32,000 nt of DNA from Wigglesworthia glossinidia endosymbiont of Glossina brevipalpis (GTDB taxonomy: Bacteria > Pseudomonadota > Gammaproteobacteria > Enterobacterales > Enterobacteriaceae): the NCBI GenBank assembly GCA_000008885.1, contig BA000021.3, positions 600,001 to 632,000 of the forward strand. The letters run 5' to 3'. Under the pieces are notes generated by a model. It saw only the letters and a list, made by a program, of their open reading frames with translations. It had not been told where the DNA came from and made no database searches. The position numbers and the translations under genes are program-made. Below, piece after piece: positions 11,679 through 19,556 of this stretch (within the stretch, counting starts at the first letter, position 1; every line of letters begins with the position of its first letter).

Positions 11679-12311
11679 ATGAGAATAATTTTAATAGGAT
11701 CTCCTGGCAGTGGTAAAGGAACTCAAGCAAAAATAATGTCTAAGAAATATAACTTGCCTCATATCTCTTGTGGAGATATTTTAAGAAAACAAAATAAATG
11801 TTGTGATATAAATAAATTAATAAAAAAAGGAGAATTAATTAACGATAAATTAGTAACAAACATAGTTCTTGAAAAATTAAAAAATATAAATTTATTTAAA
11901 GGTTTTATTTTAGATGGATTTCCAAGAACTTTATATCAAGCTAATTCAATTAAAGAAAATAAAATAAAAATTGATTACGTTTTAGAATTATTCTTACAAG
12001 AAAAATATATTTATGAAAGAGTATTAGGGAGAATAATAGACAAGGTTTCTGGAGAAATATATCATTTAAAATTCAATCCTCCTAAATTTATTACAGAAAA
12101 AAGTAATAAAAATAAAATTTTAGTAAGAAGGTTAGATGATAAAAAATCAGCATTACAAAAAAGAATAAATGATTTTTTTAAAAATTCTTGTTTAATAAGT
12201 GAATTTTATAAAAAAGAATCACTAGAAAAAAAATTAAAATATAAAATTATAAATGCTGATTTTGATATAAATACTATATCGAATAAAATTTTTAACATTA
12301 TAAATGTTTAA
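11679..12311 (+). CDS. adk: Adenylate kinase
   Basis: MRIILIGSPGSGKGTQAKIM, ISCGDILR, GFILDGFPRTLYQA; between htpG and hemH. Confidence 0.98.
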   Translation: MRIILIGSPGSGKGTQAKIMSKKYNLPHISCGDILRKQNKCCDINKLIKKGELINDKLVTNIVLEKLKNINLFKGFILDGFPRTLYQANSIKENKIKIDYVLELFLQEKYIYERVLGRIIDKVSGEIYHLKFNPPKFITEKSNKNKILVRRLDDKKSALQKRINDFFKNSCLISEFYKKESLEKKLKYKIINADFDINTISNKIFNIINV

Positions 12312-12343
12312 ATTTTTTTTAAAAATTTAAAATTAAAACTAAT

Positions 12344-13309
12344 ATGAAAAATAATATTGGAATTATAATTTCTAATGTAGGAACTCCTTCACATCCAAAC
12401 AAAAAATCTGTAAAAAAATATTTATCAGAATTTCTTTCTGACAAAAGAGTTATTGATATTTCGAGATTTTTTTGGATTCCTTATCTTCATTTATATTTTT
12501 TACCATTAAAATCTTATAAATCGGTAAATTTATATAAAAAAATTTGGGAAAAGGATGGCTCCCCTTTGATGATCAATAGTTTAAATCAAAGAAATTATTT
12601 AATAAATAAATTTCCAAATTTTAAAATAGAGCTTGGAATGCGATACGGAGATCCATCTATATGTGTTGCTATAAAAAAAATGATAAAAATTTATAATGTA
12701 AATAAATTAATTATTTTACCTATGTATCCTCAATATTCGTGCACTACAACTGCATCAGTTTTAGATAGTGTTTGTGAAGTTATAAAAAAGTATAGAAATA
12801 TACCATCTATTATATTTATAAGGGATTATGCTGATAATATTAATTATATTAATGCTATAACAAACAGTATAAAAAAATCTTTTAATAAGAACGGCATTCC
12901 AGAAATGCTAATAATGTCTTTTCACGGAATACCTAAAAAATACATTAAAGATGGAGATGATTATTTAAAAAGATGTAATGTCACTAAAAAATTAGTATTA
13001 TCTAAATTAAATTTTTCAAGAAAAAAAGTAATAATGAGCTTTCAATCAAAATTTGGCAATATTCCTTGGATAACTCCCATAACTTCTGAAGTTATTTCTT
13101 TTCTTCCAAAAAAAGGAATAAAAAATATTCAAGTTATATGCCCTGGATTTTCTTCAGATTGTTTAGAAACTTTAGAAGAAATAAAAATACAAAACAAAAA
13201 AATATTTAAAGATAATGGAGGAAAAAAATTCCATTATATACCTGCCTTAAATTATAGCAAAATTCATATTGAATGTCTTGCAAACATTATTAGAACTCAT
13301 TTAAAATGA
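12344..13309 (+). CDS. hemH: Ferrochelatase
   Basis: 321 aa; GIIISNVGTP, PMYPQYSCTTTASV, MSFHGIPKKY, CPGFSSDCLETLEEI; follows adk as in E. coli. Confidence 0.96.
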   Translation: MKNNIGIIISNVGTPSHPNKKSVKKYLSEFLSDKRVIDISRFFWIPYLHLYFLPLKSYKSVNLYKKIWEKDGSPLMINSLNQRNYLINKFPNFKIELGMRYGDPSICVAIKKMIKIYNVNKLIILPMYPQYSCTTTASVLDSVCEVIKKYRNIPSIIFIRDYADNINYINAITNSIKKSFNKNGIPEMLIMSFHGIPKKYIKDGDDYLKRCNVTKKLVLSKLNFSRKKVIMSFQSKFGNIPWITPITSEVISFLPKKGIKNIQVICPGFSSDCLETLEEIKIQNKKIFKDNGGKKFHYIPALNYSKIHIECLANIIRTHLK

Positions 13310-13370
13310 GATTGAATATTTTTTTTAATAACAAGATTTTTAAAAAATTTTCAAATTAATTAAATTATTA

Positions 13371-13456
13371 CGGAGGAGGTGAGATTCGAACTCACGAAAG
13401 GTTTAAACCTTTTCTGATTTTCAAGACCAGCGCCTTCAACCACTCGACCACTCCTC
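13371..13456 (-). tRNA. serT: tRNA-Ser(UGA)
   Basis: Reverse complement GGAGGAGTGGTCGAGTGGTTGAAGGCGCTGGTCTTGAAAATCAG...GTGAGTTCGAATCTCACCTCCTCCG: 7-bp acceptor stem, anticodon stem CTGGT/ATCAG, anticodon TGA, long variable arm AAAGGTTTAAACCTTT, T-loop TTCGAAT. Located beside yccA as in E. coli. CCA is not encoded. Confidence 0.97.
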
Positions 13457-13617
13457 CTTTAAAATTTAAAATAAAGAAAATTATAAAATAAATTTATTAT
13501 ATAATTTTTATATTAAAACTTGCATTTTTTTATTTTGTATAATTAAAATATATATACTATAAAAATCTTTTATTATCAAATAATTAAATATTTAAAATAT
13601 AAATTTAGGAAAAAATT

Positions 13618-14277
13618 ATGAATAGAATCATAGAAATTTCTTCAAAAAGTAGATCAAATTTATCTACAAATAAAGTATTAAGAAATACATACTTGCTTTT
13701 ATCCATGACAGTAGCATTTTCTGCGATTGTAGCTACAATTAGTAGCATTTTTAACTTTACTTATTTAGGAGCCATTCCAACTTTAATTGGATTTTATGGA
13801 TTGTTGTTTTTAGTACATCGTTTATCTAATAAAAAATCTGGAATTATAGCAATTTTTCTACTTACTGGATTCATGGGATATACTATATCTCCTTTAATTA
13901 ATATGAGTATAAATTACAACAGCGGGAATAGCATAATTTTATCTTTGATAGGAACTACTGTTATATTTTTTTCTTGTGCATTATTTACATTAAAAAGCAA
14001 AAGAGATTTATCTTTTTTGTCTAGCATTTTAATTTCAGGAAGCATTGCTTTGTTTATTTGTATGATTGGAAATATTTTTTTAAATATTCCATCTTTATCG
14101 TTAGCAATTAGCATCATGTTTATGATTTTTTCTTCAGTTGCAATAATATGGGAAATAAACAATATTATTCGTGGAGGAGAACAAAATTATATAAGAGCCA
14201 CTGTTAGCTTATATGTATCTATATACAATATTTTTGCAAGTTTTCTTGGAATATTTGGAGGATCAAAAAATAATTAA
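13618..14277 (+). CDS. yccA: Inner membrane protein YccA (BAX inhibitor-1 family, FtsH modulator)
   Basis: 219 aa, same length as E. coli YccA; THKVLRNTY-like TNKVLRNTYLLLSMTVAFSAI, RGGEQNYIRATVSLYVSIYNIFASFLGIFG; multiple hydrophobic helices. Confidence 0.93.
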   Translation: MNRIIEISSKSRSNLSTNKVLRNTYLLLSMTVAFSAIVATISSIFNFTYLGAIPTLIGFYGLLFLVHRLSNKKSGIIAIFLLTGFMGYTISPLINMSINYNSGNSIILSLIGTTVIFFSCALFTLKSKRDLSFLSSILISGSIALFICMIGNIFLNIPSLSLAISIMFMIFSSVAIIWEINNIIRGGEQNYIRATVSLYVSIYNIFASFLGIFGGSKNN

Positions 14278-14287
14278 ATAATTTTAA

Positions 14288-14334
14288 GGCGGAAGCTTTT
14301 TAAAAAATTTTAATGTTAAAATTTTTCTTCCGCC
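14288..14334. terminator. Probable bidirectional terminator between convergent yccA and ispF
   Basis: Outer stem ggcggaag (14288-14295)/cttccgcc (14327-14334) with inner aaaaattttaa-tg-ttaaaattttt arms; sits between convergent genes. Confidence 0.6.
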
Positions 14335-14359
14335 GTATTATATTTTGAATATTTATAAA

Positions 14360-14833
14360 TTAAATTTCTAACAATACAGATACTGCTTCTGATGCAATTC
14401 CTTTTTTTTTTCCTATTTCTCCCAACCCTTCCATAGTTTTTGATTTTATATTAATAACATCTGTTTTGCATTTTAAACAATTTGATATACAAAGGCATAT
14501 TTTATTAGTATATGAAGATATTTTTGGATATTCTAGAAATAAAGTAACATCAATATTACCAATTTTATATTTTTTTTTTATACAATTCCATACAACTTGC
14601 AATAAAATGCAACTATTTATATTTTTATATTTAATATCATTATTTGGAAATAAAATTCCAATATCCCCTAAAGATGAAGCTCCAAGCAAAGAATCAATTA
14701 TAGAATGAATAATAACATCTCCATCAGAATGAGAAACAACACCCTTGCAGTAAGGAATATGAACTCCGCCTAAAATTAATGGTTTATATATTTTTCCAAA
14801 TTTATGAATATCAAATCCATGACCAACTCTCAC
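14360..14833 (-). CDS. ispF: 2-C-methyl-D-erythritol 2,4-cyclodiphosphate synthase
   Basis: MRVGHGFDIHKF, LILGGVHIPYCKGVVSHSDGDVIIHSIIDSLLGA, GDIGILFP, KSKTMEGLGEIG; adjacent to ispD. Confidence 0.97.
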   Translation of the reverse strand: MRVGHGFDIHKFGKIYKPLILGGVHIPYCKGVVSHSDGDVIIHSIIDSLLGASSLGDIGILFPNNDIKYKNINSCILLQVVWNCIKKKYKIGNIDVTLFLEYPKISSYTNKICLCISNCLKCKTDVINIKSKTMEGLGEIGKKKGIASEAVSVLLEI

Positions 14834-14838
14834 TATAA

Positions 14839-15528
14839 CTACTCCTTAATATTATTAATAAAAAAATTTGCAAAATTTAAATCTTCTGGATATGTAATTT
14901 TTATATTATCTGATCTACCATGTACTAAATTTAATTTATATCCACATTTTTCTAAAGCTGAAGATTCATCAGTTATTATTTCACCTTTAGAAGTAATAAT
15001 TTTTAAACAATTTATTAAAATTTTTAAATTAAATAATTGGGGAGTTAGTGCTCTCCATAATTTATTTCTTTTTATAGTATGACTAATAAAATTACCATAA
15101 GATTTTTTAACAGTATCATAAATTGGAGCAGCTAAAATTGCTCCAAAAGGAGATATATTGATTACTTTTAATAATTTATTAAGATCATTTTTATGCAGGC
15201 AAGGACGAACTGCATCATGAACTAGAACCCAATCTACTTTACTAACAAATTTTAGCGCTGATATTACAGATTCTGTTCTAGATTTTCCACCTATAACTAT
15301 ATTTATTTTTTTATTTTTTAATATTGATAATTTATTAAACCAATAATCTTTTTTATTAATTGCTATTAATATTTTTTTAACATATATTTTATCTATAAAT
15401 AAACTTATAGAATGTTCTAATATAGTTTTATTTTTTATTTTTATATATTGTTTTGGATATTTATACCCCATTCTTTTTCCTATTCCTGCTGCTGGAAAAA
15501 TCACAATAATTTCAGGATGATTAATCAT
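14839..15528 (-). CDS. ispD: 2-C-methyl-D-erythritol 4-phosphate cytidylyltransferase
   Basis: VIFPAAGIGKRMGYKYPKQYIKI, VLVHDAVRPCL, LWRALTPQLF, TDESSALE; adjacent to ispF and ftsB. Confidence 0.96.
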   Translation of the reverse strand: MINHPEIIVIFPAAGIGKRMGYKYPKQYIKIKNKTILEHSISLFIDKIYVKKILIAINKKDYWFNKLSILKNKKINIVIGGKSRTESVISALKFVSKVDWVLVHDAVRPCLHKNDLNKLLKVINISPFGAILAAPIYDTVKKSYGNFISHTIKRNKLWRALTPQLFNLKILINCLKIITSKGEIITDESSALEKCGYKLNLVHGRSDNIKITYPEDLNFANFFINNIKE

Positions 15529-15550
15529 ATTTTCTCTAATATTTAAAAAA

Positions 15551-15874
15551 TTAATTATAATTATTTTTATTTTCTAAATTTATAATTCTGTAATAAATTT
15601 CATCTGATTTTATCATATTTAAATCACTTCTAGCTTTTTCTTCTATAATTTCTTTTGTATTTCTCAAATCTTCAATTTCTATTAATAAATCATTGTTTCT
15701 TAATTTTTTTTTTAAATTATCATTTTTTTTAATTTTAATTTCTTTTTTTATTTTTATTAAAGTAATAATATTATTATTACCAAACCAAAAGTAAAATTGC
15801 ATAAATAACAAAATAAATACGAGTAAAAATTCAAATTTCGTAAAAAATAAAAAATTAAATTTTTTTTTTATCAT
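15551..15874 (-). CDS. ftsB: Cell division protein FtsB
   Basis: Small protein with one N-terminal TM helix, FYFWFGNNNI, coiled coil, IEDLRNTKEIIEEKARSDLNMIKSDEIYYRI matching FtsB; ftsB-ispD-ispF order. Confidence 0.88.
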   Translation of the reverse strand: MIKKKFNFLFFTKFEFLLVFILLFMQFYFWFGNNNIITLIKIKKEIKIKKNDNLKKKLRNNDLLIEIEDLRNTKEIIEEKARSDLNMIKSDEIYYRIINLENKNNYN

Positions 15875-15963
15875 TTTATTCTTATTAAAATTAGCTTAAT
15901 TTTTATAATTAAAAAAATATTATAATACTTTTATTTTTTAAAAATATATATTATATATGTATT

Positions 15964-16644
15964 TTAGTATTTAAAATAAATTAAAGATTCTTTAGAAGAT
16001 TTTGTATTTGGAAATTTGTTTATCATTTCTAAAATTCTGAAATTAGAAGCAGAATAAGCATGTTTTTTAAAATAAAATTTTATTATTTGTAATTCATGAA
16101 AAGCGATTCTTTCATTTAGATGAAAAATATAATTTTTTGATGATTTATAAAAATCACTATTTGGATATTTATATATTAATTTTTTAAAATTATTTAATGC
16201 TAAATAAGCATATTTTGTATTTTCTATAAATTTTTTTTTATATATAAAAAAGTTTATTGTATTTTTATCTAAATCCATATTTATTAAACCTTGTATATAA
16301 ATTAAAAAATCTATATATGGGCATCTAGGATTAGATTCAATAAATTGATCAATAATTTCTTCAAGAATAGAATTATTTTCTATTTCATAATCTTTATATG
16401 TATAATATAAATTTATAATATTATTTTTAGCTTCTTTATAATAATAATAATTATTATATTTGTTTATAAAATATAAATATCTTTTATATTTTTTATATCT
16501 ATTTTTATAAAGTTCATTATTTTTTAAATTATTTTCTTCATTTTTAATTTTATATTGAATAAAATTTGTATTTTTCAAAGAACAACTTTCTATAGCTAAA
16601 AGAAATGTTATTATTACAATAATATTTTTAAATTTAATATCCAA
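15964..16644 (-). CDS. bamD: Outer-membrane assembly lipoprotein BamD, divergent
   Basis: Signal peptide with lipobox-like Cys (LLAIESC), [30 protein letters not shown] aligned with BamD [47 protein letters not shown]; divergent from rluD as in E. coli. Confidence 0.85.
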   Translation of the reverse strand: [226 protein letters not shown]

Positions 16645-16721
16645 AATACAATTTATTTTAATTTATTAATGAATAAATTTATTTTAAACTATTTTAAATA
16701 AAATATTAAATAAGATTTAAT

Positions 16722-17666
16722 ATGAAAAAATATAAATTTTTTATAAAAAAAACTTGCATTTCTCAAAATGGTAAAAGATTAGATAAAAGCATAGCAGAAA
16801 TATTTCCAGAATATTCTAGAAATAAAATAAAAAAATTTATTATTAATAATCAAGTAAAAGTAAATGATATATGTATTATAAATCCAAAAAAAAACATAAA
16901 GGGAGGTGAGTGCATAAAAATTAAAATTAGTAAAAAAAATAATTTAATTTCTAAAAAAAGAAAAACATATAAATTAATTTACGAAGATGATGATATTTTA
17001 GTAATAAACAAATATAAAGATGTGATTGTTCATCCAGGATGTGATAAACATGAAAATACATTATTACACGACATTTTATTTAACTATCCTGATTCAAAAA
17101 ATTTATATAGAGCTGGAATAGTACATCGCTTGGATAAAGACACAACTGGATTAATGTTGATAGCAAGAAATTCGTTTTCTCAAAAAAAATTAATTAAATT
17201 GTTAAAATTAAGATTAATTAATAGAGAATATAGAGCTGTTTTATTAGGGAAAATTATATGCGACGGAACTGTCAGTGCTCCAATTATTAGAAATTCTAAA
17301 AATAGAACTCGCATGAAAGTACATATTTCAGGAAAAGAATCAATAACTCATTATAAAATAATTAAAAATTTTAATGATTTTTCATACGTTAAAATAAACT
17401 TAGAAAGTGGTCGCACGCATCAGATAAGATTACACATGTCATATATAAATCATCCTGTATTAGGAGATTTTGTGTATGGAAATAAAAAAAATAAATATAT
17501 AAAAACATTATATAAAAGCATTTTTAATATTTCTAGACATGCTTTACATGCGAGAAAAATAAAATTTATACATCCAATAAATAATTGCTTAATGGTTCAT
17601 AAAATAGATCTACCGGATGATATGAAAATATTATTAAAAAATTTAAAATATTTAAATAAAATATAA
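16722..17666 (+). CDS. rluD: 23S rRNA pseudouridine(1911/1915/1917) synthase
   Basis: S4-like N-terminal domain, AGIVHRLDKDTTGLMLIARN, GRTHQIRLHMSYINHPVLGD; next to bamD. Confidence 0.92.
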   Translation: MKKYKFFIKKTCISQNGKRLDKSIAEIFPEYSRNKIKKFIINNQVKVNDICIINPKKNIKGGECIKIKISKKNNLISKKRKTYKLIYEDDDILVINKYKDVIVHPGCDKHENTLLHDILFNYPDSKNLYRAGIVHRLDKDTTGLMLIARNSFSQKKLIKLLKLRLINREYRAVLLGKIICDGTVSAPIIRNSKNRTRMKVHISGKESITHYKIIKNFNDFSYVKINLESGRTHQIRLHMSYINHPVLGDFVYGNKKNKYIKTLYKSIFNISRHALHARKIKFIHPINNCLMVHKIDLPDDMKILLKNLKYLNKI

Positions 17667-17741
17667 TATAATTTTATTTTAAATAAAAACCAAATGTATA
17701 TTTATTTTAAAATAACTAATTTAAAAATAAAAAATAATTAA

Positions 17742-19546
17742 ATGAATAATTTTTATAAAAAAAAACAAATTAATATTATCAGTAAATTTGCTATTGATTT
17801 GACTAATTTATCCCAGAAAAAAAAATTAGAAGCAATATTTGAAATAGAAAAAGAAATATTCCATGTTATAAGAATTTTACAAAAAAAAACAAAAAATAAT
17901 ATTATATTGACAGGAGACAAGGAGTAGGAAAAACATCTATAATAAAAGGACTTTCACAAAAAATTATTAAAAAAGAAGTTCCAAAAAAATTAAAAAAATA
18001 TCGTATTTTTATTTTAGATATTTTTTCAATTATAAATATATTAGAATACAAAGGAATAAAATATTTAAATTATATTTTATTAGAAATTTATAAAATAAAT
18101 TATCCAATTATATTTTTTATTGATAATTTTAATAAATTAATAGAATTAAATTTATTTAACAAATTTATATCAATAAATAATTATCTTTTTCAAAAAAAAA
18201 TAAAAAAAAACTTTCGTTTTATATTAGAAACTACAACAGATAAATACCAAAAATACACAGATCAATATTCTAATTTAGAAAAAAATTTCCAAAAAATATT
18301 TATTCCAGAAATTTCTGTAAAAAATTGTATAAAAATATTAAATCATTTAAAGAATAGTTATGAATCATATTATAATGTAAAAATAACTAACAAAGCTATT
18401 ATAACATCTTCTATTTTATCTAATAATTACATAAATAATAAAAGATTGCCTGATAAGGCAATAAATATTATTGAAGAAGCCTCCTCTTTGATTAATATTG
18501 ATCTACATTACAAAAAAAATAATATAGATAAATTTAAAAATACAAATAAATTTAGCAATTATGTTACTGAAAAAGAAGTTATTAAAATTTTATCTGAAAA
18601 AACCGGTATTTCTGCTGAAAATATTGTAGAAAATAATTATGAAAAATTTATAAGAATAGAAAAAGATTTGAAAAAAAGAATGATAGGTCAAGATAAAGCT
18701 GTTTTTAAAATATTAAATGTTGTAAAAAGAAATTTTTTAGGGCTATCTAATAAAAATAAACCCATAGGATCTTTTTTATTTCTAGGTCCAAATGGGGTTG
18801 GAAAAACAAAAATTTGTAAAATTTTATCTGATATTATATTTAATAAAAATACAGATCTAATTTATATAGATATGTCAGAATTTAATGATAAAGTTTATTC
18901 TTTTGATGTTTTGCAATATAATAAAAATAATTTAGAATATAGATTTAATACATGTTTAATAAAATTAGTTGAAAAAAATCCTAATTCTTTGATATTAATC
19001 AATGAAATCGAAAAAAGTCACATAGATTTTTTTAAAATTTTATTACGTTTATTAAAATATGGAGAATTGATAGATAGTTTTGGAAGAAAAATAAATTTTA
19101 AAAATACCATAATAGTTATGAATTCTAATATAGGATTAGACATTTTTCAAAAAAATTATAATTCTTCAAGAAATATTTCTTATGCAAAAAAAACAGTAAT
19201 AGATATGGTTTATCATTATTTTAATTTTAATCTTATTAATGAAATTGACGACATTGTTTTTTTTAAACCTTTAGATAATATTTCATTAGAAAAAATCATT
19301 TATAAAAATATAAATTTATTTAAAAATAAATTAGAAAAAAAGGGTTATTTATTTGAAATAACTAGTTCTGTAATTTCTTATATTAGAAAATTAGGATTTA
19401 ATCCTTCATATGGAGCAAACAATTTTAAAAAAATAATAGAAAAAAAAATTATAAATCCTATATCTGACGAAATAATGTGTAAAAATTTTAATATAGGTCA
19501 TAATATTTTTGTAGATATTAAATTTAATAAAATTGAAATAAAATAA
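17742..19546 (+). pseudogene. clpB: Degenerate ClpB (Hsp104-family AAA+ disaggregase) remnant, frameshifted
   Basis: ORF 17742-17927 (ISKFAIDLTNLSQKKKLEAIFEIEKEIFHVIRILQKKTKNNIILTGD) continues after a 1-nt frame change as QGVGKTSIIKGLSQKI..., open from 17918 through 19546 (NKRLPDKAINIIEEAS..., KPIGSFLFLGPNGVGKT...). Downstream of rluD as in E. coli (rluD-yfiH-clpB). Confidence 0.85.
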
Positions 19547-19556
19547 AAAATTTTAA

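Noticed and set aside
13519-13560. Candidate sigma70 promoter (ttgcat ... tataat) upstream of yccA
   Set aside because: Spacing is only about 12 nt, and -10-like motifs occur by chance throughout DNA this AT-rich.
13914-14162. Minus-strand ORF inside yccA
   Set aside because: Antisense shadow of a membrane protein gene.
14466-15082. Plus-strand ORFs 14466-14708 and 14804-15082 over ispF/ispD
   Set aside because: Antisense to well-supported isoprenoid genes; no recognisable protein.
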